A program made the position numbers and the translations under genes. From Candidatus Latescibacterota bacterium (GTDB lineage: Bacteria; Latescibacterota; CBDEFO01), in assembly GCA_965237525.1 (NCBI GenBank), contig CBDEFO010000007.1, forward strand, positions 128,001 to 192,000: a stretch of 64,000 nt of DNA, read 5' to 3'. Positions within the stretch are counted from its first letter, which is position 1, and each line of letters starts with the position of its first letter. Below the pieces are notes generated by a model that was not told the DNA's origin, did no database searches, and saw nothing but the letters and a program-made list of their open reading frames with translations. Below, piece by piece: positions 43,801-51,987 of this stretch.

Positions 43801-46669
43801 AAAGTTCTCCGAGGCTGTACTCGGTACTGGAGTCGCAGGGGATCTGCGTGTAGCCGATCTCTTCTATGAGAATACCAACGGAGTCGGGGCCGGCGATATT
43901 GACGCTGTGGACGATGAAGCAGCAGCTGTCAATGGGGCCGATGAACTCATAACAGTCACTTTGGATAATACCCTTAGCCTTCAAGATGTGCTACAGGACT
44001 CTATATCGTTCGCTCCGTCAACTACGAATCGAGCTTTCAGCCTTGTGACGGATGCAGCGTCTGTGCCTAATCAAGCGCGCGTCATCCTCGTCACAATAGA
44101 CGATCGCATAAGTCCCACAATCACGGCCATGAGCACGGTGGACGAGGACGCAAACGGATGGATTGATCATATCAGGATCCAGCTGAGTGAGCCTGTGGAC
44201 GATTCGGGCCTTATCGGTTTTGTAACCACCGACAGCCTGTCCGCTCCCATCGGTGACCAGGGATGGGATGTGGTGGGCTATACAGGCGAGAAGTGGAACC
44301 TCTATGTCACCGGCGGCAAAGGGGCTGCTGCTGACACGGCCGTTGCTTTCGGAGATAATGCTGCAAATGACAATGTCCTCTACATACAGGTTGACGAGCA
44401 GAGCGCCGGTGGAAATGCAAAAACGGGAACAGGCGATACTGATGCTACACCTGCGTCGGTTATTGCTGCGGATACGACAGGGCCAGATGAGGCGGGTGTG
44501 AGTGTGAGCGCCTTCTCGGGATTGGTTGACTTCAAGCCTAATCCTCTGAACCTGAACACGTCGGTAACGACTCCGAGCGATAAGGTAGGTCCTGTGATTA
44601 TGGAAGCCAAGGCCTTGACAACTACGGCGGTCCTGGTGACTATGAGCGAGGACATCGATGGCGAGACTGTTCATCGGGAGGACTTTGATCTCGAAATAGC
44701 CAGCTCTCCTAACGGCACCCAGGACTCCGTTGGAGTAAGTCATGTGGCTGAGACGGAGCCGGGGATTGTCAAAGTAAGAGTTAAACAGACTGATGAATGG
44801 TACCCGGATTTAGGTGGACAGATAACTGTTGCAGTTGGCTCTATTGCAGATGTCCCTGGAAACGTGAATCCAGAAACCGATACTGCGTTTGTTCCTGTTG
44901 TCGCATTCGCACCCACAGTCGCAGTCACACCCACAATAGATGCTCCCGATACTCTGGCAGTTAGAGACAGGCCCGGCGATCAGGGAGGTGTCGTGATTGT
45001 GGAGTTCGACGCATCTGCTAATCACCCGGGGATAGGCCTGCAAAATATAGTGGATGCATACGTGCTGGAGCGGGAGATGGATGACGGCACCGGAACAGTT
45101 AAGTTCATAGTGATCCAACTGCTGGCAGCCGTACCAGGAGAGAATCCTATCATCCGTCAGGTCTTCCTTGGCGACGCTTTGCAGACGAACTACAGAGTAA
45201 AGGCTGTGTCTGGAGTAACCGTCTCTGGACCGTCTGCCAAGCAGGCCGGCTCCAACAGCGTTCTGGTCGCAGAGGCCCAGAGCGGAGATGCCATAGATAA
45301 TAGGATATCTGCATTCTCGGTGTATAGCCCGACCGCTATTGGCCAAGCTCTGGACGATCTGGCTCCTGCTGCTGTGGCAGCGTTCACTGCTCAGGATGCT
45401 CCCGACGACGACGGCGGGGCTATTAAGCTAACGTGGACACCGTCTGAGGACGACAAATTGGTTGAGGCGTTCTCAACGGGAGGACGTATGGTTCCGCTCT
45501 TTGGAGTTACCAGTTACAAGATCATGCGTAAGACTCCTGCTGAGGCCGATTTTTCGCTGATCGGTACGGCGCTTCCGGGATCTAACTCGTTCGTGGATAA
45601 CACGGCTGTGACAGGTACAACTTACGAATATAAGGTCATAGCTGCAGATACACAGAACGACGCCGAGCCGGACTTCACCAGGAAGGCATCTGCCATCAGA
45701 AACACTAATGTGGTAGATGAAAGTGGCCAGCCTGTGTTCGGATACTTCGGACCGGACGACGGCGAAGTCGGCTTAAACGACTTTGTGACGTTCCTGGATA
45801 AGTTCGGAATAGGAGAAGATTCAGAGAGCTTCGAGCCGGCGTTGGATATAGACGCCGACGGCGACATCGGTCTTTCTGACTTCGTGATCTTTTTGGACAA
45901 CTTCGGGAAGCCGGTCGTCACAGCTTCCGGTAAGGCTCTGCCTCCTCAAGTGGGCGCGAACAAAGATGCAAAGATGTCGCTCTCCCTTGCCAGTGATGTC
46001 GTGAGGGCCGGAACGGAGATAATCATCGATGCCTCGGTGTCGAGTGTGACGAATCTCAAGGGATACAGCTTCGCTTTAAGCTACGATCCTGACAAATTTG
46101 AGTTTGTAGGCGCCGAAAGCGGCCAGGACAATTTACTGAACATCAACGGTGGAGCGACTCCGCTGTTCCTTTCAAAGTCGGATGAGCCGGGCAAGGTGAA
46201 TCTGGCAAACGGTATTTCTGATGACGATCTTGCCAGCGGCGAAGGTTTAACCGCCGAGATCACGTTCAGAGTTAAATCCGACTTTGAGGACGACGTGAGC
46301 ATCGCCATAATTGACGGCGAGATTATTGACGGCTTCTATCTCCTTAACAACGTTAGGGAGATGGGATCTTTGACCGTAGCGATAACTCCTGACAGATATG
46401 ACCTTGCTCAGAACTATCCCAACCCGTTCAACCCCAGTACGACTATCGAGTACGCCCTGCCCAAGACCTCGTCCGTACAGCTGACGATCTACAACGTGGC
46501 TGGACAGGCTGCAAGGACGCTTGTAGACGATCGGCAGAAGGCGGGAAGCTACTCGGTGGAGTGGGACGGTAGGGATAACAGCGGACGTCAGATGGCAAGC
46601 GGTATATACTTTTACAACATCAAGGCGGACGACTTCCAGTCAGTCCGGAAAATGGTATTAGTAAAATAA
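40850..46669 (+). CDS. Large acidic S-layer-like/scaffold protein: Ig-like repeats, FN3, dockerin/EF-hand pair, cohesin, FlgD/T9SS-like tail
   Basis: Signal peptide MKAKAVVGLL after SD AAGGAGG. Repeated DxAxPxI...D.D.DG.ID...v.FSE modules; GEVGLNDFVTFLDKFG / DIDADGDIGLSDFVIFLDNFG; cohesin-like NLKGYSFALSYDPDKFEF...AEITFRV; tail QNYPNPFNP...RKMVLVK. Confidence 0.8.
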   Translation: MKAKAVVGLLAVGLFIFGMTFSADAALTQAVTNDVATTPTREGSDVTYGGATLAPVTGPVSVLRVVLQSDVTAETISTVKVDINRVSGQGLPDSYVAALTSGDDSGIAIYVDDGDNVFERVADTFAGAGTINFDPVSGNEGIRTVTIENPTTDDGALPVNPGPLTLFIVARGGSDLDADDQFTFSTDLSNWVFSGATAGTGTATATSGTITGDVTAPTIADGNVVTLDDDSDGLLDGVQITWSEEIADVSFTSFSSATASFAVAVDTEVGAYQNRQIAQDGPPRTPDTINNNVTFITFDEQVTLGTKTLDQLDTDATPTLNMATATVTDLAGNPIAGVSLTSVDKAPPVIFQSLYLDADDNGRIDEVQVQFSENIDDATFGNNNGWTVAGFNFKDVANDPPVLIGAASSADPPTIPTEGTTDVLRLLLEEETDFFSTGIDLAGDQVTYRATVGDVADLATPPNELNSVFVGTAPEVDRASPILIDAKTGDIIATRPRGQIDRYEIKFSEPVEARGEEADFILLDDFAVDSLNGNLTNTLTLVIRERGFIDTGVTPGLGVNIDIDASPNAGIVDLAKDRLGANAPNGLVAPSLNVIAGAVTFNLVPDAKRLDGAPPLIRRDAVITGDSNRDGRLDRLLVEFTEVMPGDQDYVSGVTIGGIAPSGASRTAVDQVTYRLTVAPGALPNTGVVLDYLYRSARGAISDPAGLQLLDVRSADIAELDGAAPVLVTAVTDDADGDGKIDKYVITASEPISIAGGAASTGIGLRVEDRPDTLATLDATKKIITLFFRETAATTLDDFDTGVTPDVTYTRVQDERGEIKDLSGPGGTPNIPMTNILDDDAVLTETDGARPVIVVADDDTSSTGDGNSDGFIDQLTVTFSEPVTADSGNIGITVDKTASGGNKVTLSEVLSGGGTRAVVFRGTSDRSGNPDTEDIPFFDYVEAGSIRDMSAAANALRAAADQITIDEARPVIVFTTGRDKGLRIKFSEAVLGTGVAGDLRVADLFYENTNGVGAGDIDAVDDEAAAVNGADELITVTLDNTLSLQDVLQDSISFAPSTTNRAFSLVTDAASVPNQARVILVTIDDRISPTITAMSTVDEDANGWIDHIRIQLSEPVDDSGLIGFVTTDSLSAPIGDQGWDVVGYTGEKWNLYVTGGKGAAADTAVAFGDNAANDNVLYIQVDEQSAGGNAKTGTGDTDATPASVIAADTTGPDEAGVSVSAFSGLVDFKPNPLNLNTSVTTPSDKVGPVIMEAKALTTTAVLVTMSEDIDGETVHREDFDLEIASSPNGTQDSVGVSHVAETEPGIVKVRVKQTDEWYPDLGGQITVAVGSIADVPGNVNPETDTAFVPVVAFAPTVAVTPTIDAPDTLAVRDRPGDQGGVVIVEFDASANHPGIGLQNIVDAYVLEREMDDGTGTVKFIVIQLLAAVPGENPIIRQVFLGDALQTNYRVKAVSGVTVSGPSAKQAGSNSVLVAEAQSGDAIDNRISAFSVYSPTAIGQALDDLAPAAVAAFTAQDAPDDDGGAIKLTWTPSEDDKLVEAFSTGGRMVPLFGVTSYKIMRKTPAEADFSLIGTALPGSNSFVDNTAVTGTTYEYKVIAADTQNDAEPDFTRKASAIRNTNVVDESGQPVFGYFGPDDGEVGLNDFVTFLDKFGIGEDSESFEPALDIDADGDIGLSDFVIFLDNFGKPVVTASGKALPPQVGANKDAKMSLSLASDVVRAGTEIIIDASVSSVTNLKGYSFALSYDPDKFEFVGAESGQDNLLNINGGATPLFLSKSDEPGKVNLANGISDDDLASGEGLTAEITFRVKSDFEDDVSIAIIDGEIIDGFYLLNNVREMGSLTVAITPDRYDLAQNYPNPFNPSTTIEYALPKTSSVQLTIYNVAGQAARTLVDDRQKAGSYSVEWDGRDNSGRQMASGIYFYNIKADDFQSVRKMVLVK

Positions 46670-46695
46670 CCTTGAGTCTGTAAGGAGGAGTCATC

Positions 46696-46740
46696 GGGAG
46701 TCCCCCCTGGTAGACCTTTTGGAGGGACTCCCATTTCTTG
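46696..46740 (+). terminator. Hairpin between the scaffold gene and the cohesin gene (partial terminator or mRNA stabiliser)
   Basis: GGGAGTCCC...GGGACTCCC followed by ATTTCTT. Confidence 0.45.
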
Positions 46741-46775
46741 GGTACCTTTCAAGCTTTAACAAGAGGGGTGATACG

Positions 46776-47429
46776 ATGGCAAGATTAACGATTATAGGAG
46801 GTGTTGCCCTCTGGGTCTTATGCGCGGTTGGTATGGCTTCTGCCGGGCAGAATTCGGGGGCTACCATAGTTTTGGATCTTGATGCCGCAACTGCAGGCAA
46901 TCAGGCCAACGACCTTCAGCAGAACGTCGGAGCGAGTGAGGCTGTTGACATAGCGGTTTACGTCACAGGAGCGCAGAATCTGAAGGCATATCAGGTAGAC
47001 CTCATGTTCGACACGACTAAGGTTGAGTGGAATTCTGCCCTTACGGGCGATGCGTTTGGTAGAGAGGAGACGAACTTTCTGGGTTCGGAGGGAGGGGCAT
47101 TTGTCTTCGGGAACCTTCTTAAGGCGGGTACGACAGACGTAGTCAGAATACTAAACGGAATTACCGGCGCGACAGAAGCAAACGCCCCTGAGGGGGATGG
47201 CCTCATAGGTGTTATCAGCTTTACAACACTGGGAGGATTTGACACCAACGCTGATGCAATCTTCACAGTGGTGTTCTTTGAGTTTTCAGATACGAATAAT
47301 GACCTGGACACATTCGACATGCCCTCGCCTCATGACCCTGGTATTCGCGTTTTCCTAAATAAGAGAACAGCGGTTGAAGCCGACACTTGGGGGAGGGTAA
47401 AGGAGCTATTTTCGGGTCTGCTCAGGTAG
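46776..47429 (+). CDS. Secreted cohesin-like protein with TWGxxK tail
   Basis: Signal peptide MARLTII; QNLKAYQVDLMFDTTKVEW...GDGLIGVISF resembles the cohesin of the upstream gene; ends TAVEADTWGRVKELFSGLLR. Confidence 0.7.
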   Translation: MARLTIIGGVALWVLCAVGMASAGQNSGATIVLDLDAATAGNQANDLQQNVGASEAVDIAVYVTGAQNLKAYQVDLMFDTTKVEWNSALTGDAFGREETNFLGSEGGAFVFGNLLKAGTTDVVRILNGITGATEANAPEGDGLIGVISFTTLGGFDTNADAIFTVVFFEFSDTNNDLDTFDMPSPHDPGIRVFLNKRTAVEADTWGRVKELFSGLLR

Positions 47430-47660
47430 GCTATCTTGTACGGAATAGTAAGATATAGGCTTGCTTGAGACCTTATGAACATCCTCAAGAAGGCACAGAT
47501 GGAGATCGAGGCCGAGCGGCGAGCGCTTGAGTTCTCACTTACTTGACTTTTAAGGCTGATTTTCGTATCCTACACGTGGCCACAACTCTAGCGGCAGGTT
47601 CGGCGTGGGCCCGCTGCGGAGGAAACTGCTACTACTTACTTTCTAGAAAGGGAGATAATC

Positions 47661-48638
47661 GTGAAAAAGACCTCAATCCTGGTGGCTCTTCTTGTCGTGG
47701 CGCTCGGAGGCGTGCCGAGCCCGGCGCAAGGGCAGGGCTGGTATCTGGGGAGCGAACTGGGCGGGCATGTGGTCCCGGCCTTGGGCTTCACCGGGCTGTC
47801 CAACGACGTAGCGAGTGTGTGTGACGAGTTTATCAATCCGGAATATGCAACGGTGACACAGACGGCGGGATATGAAGCCTACAACTGCACGGGACCGGAT
47901 CGCAGTGATGACTGGGCTAATGAGTTCGCCAGGGCCACGGGCCTCCAGGCCAGCTGGGTGCTGGGGTATCGCTTCGGGGCCGACGCCTCTGGCCCGCGGT
48001 GGCACCACGTGCGGACGGAGATGGAATACTTCTACCGAGCCACCGCCTACGACCAGAGCGAAGCCGTTCCCGGCATCGGCGGTGGCTCGGGCAGCGTCAC
48101 CGCCGACAAGCTGAATCAAGAAATTCGGAAGGCGACGGACTACCTCGGCCGTGTGACCGCGCACACCCTGTTTGCCAACCTGTATTGGGACGTTCGGACG
48201 CGCAGTCGGCTCACGCCCTATGTCGGCGTGGGTGTGGGGATCGGGTGGACGGCGGTGTCCTACGGCAGTCTGTGGTCGAGGAACGCCAATGCCACGGCGA
48301 TTACCACCGGCGAGGGGCTGCCCAACGTGGACGAGATTCGCCAGAACCTAGCAGCCACGACAAGTAGCTTCCAGGGCATCCTGTCCGACAAGCTGATCAG
48401 CGAGCAGGTGCTGGTCGGAGTGAACTACGCGCTCACCGAGGGTCTGTCGGTGGGTGTCAAGGGTCGCTGGGTCCACGTTGCGGCCTTCGAGAGTCCCCAA
48501 GGCAGCCTCATCTGGGATCCGCTGCGTAGTCACGTCCCCAATCTGCGGCGCGATGGGAGCGAACCCGTCACGGGGCAGGTGCTGACCGACGCCAGCACGC
48601 TCTGGGATGTGGGCCTGAGTCTCACGTACCACTTGTAA
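47661..48638 (+). CDS. Outer-membrane beta-barrel protein (opacity/OmpA-membrane-like), passenger
   Basis: Signal peptide; WYLGSELG, VLGYRF, LFANLYWD, PYVGVGVG and terminal GLSLTYHL. Visibly more GC-rich than the flanks. Confidence 0.8.
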   Translation: MKKTSILVALLVVALGGVPSPAQGQGWYLGSELGGHVVPALGFTGLSNDVASVCDEFINPEYATVTQTAGYEAYNCTGPDRSDDWANEFARATGLQASWVLGYRFGADASGPRWHHVRTEMEYFYRATAYDQSEAVPGIGGGSGSVTADKLNQEIRKATDYLGRVTAHTLFANLYWDVRTRSRLTPYVGVGVGIGWTAVSYGSLWSRNANATAITTGEGLPNVDEIRQNLAATTSSFQGILSDKLISEQVLVGVNYALTEGLSVGVKGRWVHVAAFESPQGSLIWDPLRSHVPNLRRDGSEPVTGQVLTDASTLWDVGLSLTYHL

Positions 48639-48744
48639 AGCGGGACGCTGGGTCCCCGGCTCGCCGGCCACCCCCTTCCACGGGGAGGTCCACCGTAAAG
48701 CGCGCCTCGTAGCCAGTAAGGGTGTGCCGAACGGCAACGATGCC

Positions 48745-50400
48745 TTAGGGGGCGCTCAGCGCCTCGGGCGTGGCCTTCCACAACGGAATAGCAAGATATG
48801 GGCTTGCTTGAGACCTTAGCAAGTTGTAGTGGTACCGTGTGCAAATTGTCTTCGACGGCAAGTCCAGTTTGATCTGTTGCTTGTGTTCCTTACGCCCCAA
48901 CCATAGGGAGTAGGGAGTATCGAAGGTTTTCCCCTCAAATATCTCGGCTACCGTCAATAACAGCATCCTGGGAAACAGACGCCCCTTGGCCTCCAAATGT
49001 CCAGCTTTAGCCATTTCCCTATGAAAATTGCGTTCTTTGGTTTGGCCCAGAGGTTCAAGTATAATCAGGCCAGCCATTAAGGCGCCCCAACCCTCAAGGA
49101 CTCCACGAAGTCGCTGCACAGCGGCCGTCCCGACATTCCTTCCGCCCTTGACCTAAATAATCATGCTTTGAAGCTCGCCTTCTTCTTCTAGCTCAAAATA
49201 CAAACGTCCATCTACTCCACCGTCCGCCGTGTTCTTGTCTGTTACAAAGCCGTCTACCGTTTCAACCGCCCAGGTTTGGAACGTGTACTTATCCTGCTCC
49301 CAGAGATGCCTTGCGCCCTCTACATTCTCAGGAAGTCCATCTATTTCAAAGTCACGTCCTTCTTTCAGGCCAGGACGATCTTTCAATCTGATTGCGGACA
49401 CTCGCTTAATGGCGTGTATGGCAATGTCCGTACCGATCCATTGGCGACCTGGTCTGTGCGCTGCCTCTAAAGTGCTTCCGCAGCCGCAGAAGGGATCAAA
49501 AATAACATCTCCCTTTTTACTGCTCGCCTCTATAATTCTATGCATAAGTTTCAGTGGTTTTTGCGTAGCATAGCCTGGCCTCTCTTTTGATCCGGGATTC
49601 AGAGGGTCAATCTCCCAAACATCAGGGCAGGGCCTATCTCCCGTTTTCTTCGTCTGATCTACTCTTTCCAGTTCAGGGGAAAGCCGACCGGATGATATTG
49701 CGCCTTCAACTTTTCTTTTATTGTAAACTCTTATTCTTGAACCTCTTTCCCCATTTCTTTCAATGGTATCTGTGCCCCAGCCGCGCTCTATATCTTTTCT
49801 TACTCGATCCCCTGGAACAGTTAAAACCTTGAAGGTGTGCTTGTCGGTTTTCGTGTAGAACAGAATTACATCATGTTGAGACTGCCATTTTTTGGCTTTC
49901 GCCGGCCATCTATTTTTATAATACCAAGTAATTTCGTTGCGGAAATTAGAGTGATGAAAGATAGAATCCATCATCACCTTGACATAATGACTTGCCGTGG
50001 GATCACAGTGCAAATATATCGATCCAGTAGGTTTTATAATGCGCTTGATCCAAATTAATCTTTCTGTCATATAGGCAAGATAGGCCAGCAATTCGGGTTG
50101 CGTCTCCCTAAGAGCATTCATCCATAAACGCCAGAACTCAGTAACGCTATCTTCAATGCCTGACTCCCTCATCAACACGGGCATCTGTCGAATGATGCGC
50201 TCCTTATCTTGATCGAGTGTCCAGGCATCATTGAACGCCCTTACTTGATCTGGCAAGAGCCGTCCCGTCTCATCCTTGTAGATGCTATTGTAGGCACTTT
50301 GGGAATTGAACGGCGGATCGAGGTAGACCAGATCAACACTGGCCAAGCGGATCTTATCCCTGATAATGGTGAGGCAATCCCCGAAGTAAAGGCGATTCAC
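48745..50400 (-). pseudogene. N6/N4 DNA methyltransferase fused to a C-terminal restriction-endonuclease-like domain, interrupted by TAG at 49153-49155
   Basis: YLDPPF and FDPFCGCGST motifs, then TADGGVDG...MII*VKGG continuing in frame into ORF 48745..49119. The GTG start overlaps the transposase stop (GTGA). Confidence 0.8.
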
Positions 50401-51272
50401 GAGAAGCACGCCACCAGAAAGTTCTCAAAAGCATGATTGCTTTTGCGGTGGTTGTACTTAAAGCAGGCCTTAGGGACATAGAGGGGCATGTAACGCTTTG
50501 AATAGTGATGGTGCGATCCATACCAAGCCCGTTTTAGCAGCGACCAGACACCCTCTGTCGTATTGGTATGAATACCGCCCTCGGCATAGGTTTGACTGTG
50601 GTCGATTACTGAACGGGAGACGAACTTCTCAACCGCATTATAGGCGCGATATTCGTCTGTGATGAGGTGGGAACCGGCAGGATCTACAGTACCTTTGATG
50701 AATTTCAAGACGCCCTTGCCGGTTAGGTCTTTGGCTGCTTGGGCAACTACGCGGCCGCCGCGTTCTACGGCCCCGATAACTGGCGTTTTGCTGGTGCCAC
50801 GGCCCCTTGGATGCTGGGTCTTGTCGTTGCGGTGCCGCTTTCGAGGCTTCCCGCCGACATAGGTTTCGTCAGCTTCTATGCTGCGATGTAACATTCTGGC
50901 GCCGTGCTTAGACGTCATTTCGGAACGGATGCGCTCTTGCATGAAAAGTGCCGTTTGGTGTGTCAATTCAAGGTCTCTGGCAAGCTGGTAGCTCGACAAG
51001 GATTTCTTGGCATTGACCATCAACCCGATAGCCATGAACCATTTTTGAAGGGGGACTTTCGTCTTGCTCAGGATGGTGCCGGACAATACATTGAAGCTTG
51101 ACTTGCAGTTGTGGCAATTCCATCGACCTATGCGGTCGCCGTCCATCCTGCGCTCAACCCTGGGGTTTTCGCAATGCGGACAAGTTGGAACGCCGCACCA
51201 GCGCACTTTTTCAAGGTGCTCAATGCAAGCTTCCTGATCAGGGAAAAGGCTAAAAACGGTGAGTAAATTCAT
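50397..51272 (-). CDS. IS1595-family (ISXO2-like) transposase
   Basis: Zn ribbon CPHC...CHNC; IEADETYVGG, LITDEYRAY and HTNTTEGVWSLLKR. Confidence 0.93.
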   Translation of the reverse strand: MNLLTVFSLFPDQEACIEHLEKVRWCGVPTCPHCENPRVERRMDGDRIGRWNCHNCKSSFNVLSGTILSKTKVPLQKWFMAIGLMVNAKKSLSSYQLARDLELTHQTALFMQERIRSEMTSKHGARMLHRSIEADETYVGGKPRKRHRNDKTQHPRGRGTSKTPVIGAVERGGRVVAQAAKDLTGKGVLKFIKGTVDPAGSHLITDEYRAYNAVEKFVSRSVIDHSQTYAEGGIHTNTTEGVWSLLKRAWYGSHHHYSKRYMPLYVPKACFKYNHRKSNHAFENFLVACFS

Positions 51273-51415
51273 GGCTGATCTCCTTTACAATTAAGATACA
51301 AAAATCAGCCTTAAAAGTCAAGCCCATATCTTGCTATTCCGATCTTGTATTACAATAATCGCTGTTGGAAATAACCACGCCTCAGGTCATCGTCTCCATC
51401 TAAAGCAGTACAGTT

Positions 51416-51444
51416 AAAAAGGCTATGTTGTGACATAGCCTTTT
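51416..51444. terminator. Bidirectional intrinsic terminator
   Basis: AAAAAGGCTATGT-TGTG-ACATAGCCTTTT. Confidence 0.7.
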
Positions 51445-51481
51445 CATTTTGATGCACTGTGGACTTATGCCAAGCCTACTT

Positions 51482-51946
51482 TTACCTGAAAAGCTCCTTG
51501 ATCTTTCCCCACGTGGTCTTACCCACGTCTGTAGGCTTGAGCAGCCTCTCAACGACGGATGTTATCGAATCGTATTCGTATCCCTCCTGGCTGTAGGTGA
51601 TGTTCAGATCGCTGTCGAGAACTACAGTGTAGTTGCGCATCTTTGCGGATATGTCAGTGATCAGCCGATAGGAGACATCAAGACCTTCGGTCAGATGGGG
51701 CGTGGAGCTTACGCCTATTATCTGCACGTCTTTGTTTCTGTATTTGGCCCACATACCATTTTCGATGGATAGCGCAGTCTCTCGGTCATCACCGAAGAAA
51801 TGGACAACTATGATCTTATCCGGATAACCCTGGAGGATGTCCTGCTTTAAGTAATCCCCGAACACTGCACCTTTATCGGGGCTTGGGGCTCCGGGAACTG
51901 CGGCAAAGAGTATAAGAAGGGGTATCAACAAATAGATGGCTTTCAC
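51482..51946 (-). CDS. Secreted Cys-free redoxin/thioredoxin-like protein with TWGKIK tail
   Basis: SD GGAGGT plus GTG start; signal peptide; KIIVVHFF...KYRNKDVQIIGVS...YRLITD...VVLDSD resembles the AhpC/TSA fold; ends TTWGKIKELFR. Confidence 0.6.
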   Translation of the reverse strand: MKAIYLLIPLLILFAAVPGAPSPDKGAVFGDYLKQDILQGYPDKIIVVHFFGDDRETALSIENGMWAKYRNKDVQIIGVSSTPHLTEGLDVSYRLITDISAKMRNYTVVLDSDLNITYSQEGYEYDSITSVVERLLKPTDVGKTTWGKIKELFR

Positions 51947-51987
51947 TGCTGAACCACCTCCTGAATAAGTAGACAGTAGGGGTTGAA

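Larger units (their letters stand above)
47441..51341 (-). mobile_element. IS1595-family element carrying passenger genes (3,901 bp)
   Basis: IRs CGGAATAGTAAGATATAGGCTTG (47441) and CAAGCCCATATCTTGCTATTCCG (ends 51341); 8-bp TSD ATCTTGTA at 47433-47440 and 51342-51349; a second, internal copy of the end at 48784-48818. Confidence 0.9.

Noticed and set aside
40850..47429. True cellulosome
   Set aside because: No glycoside hydrolase domain or multi-cohesin scaffoldin was recognised.
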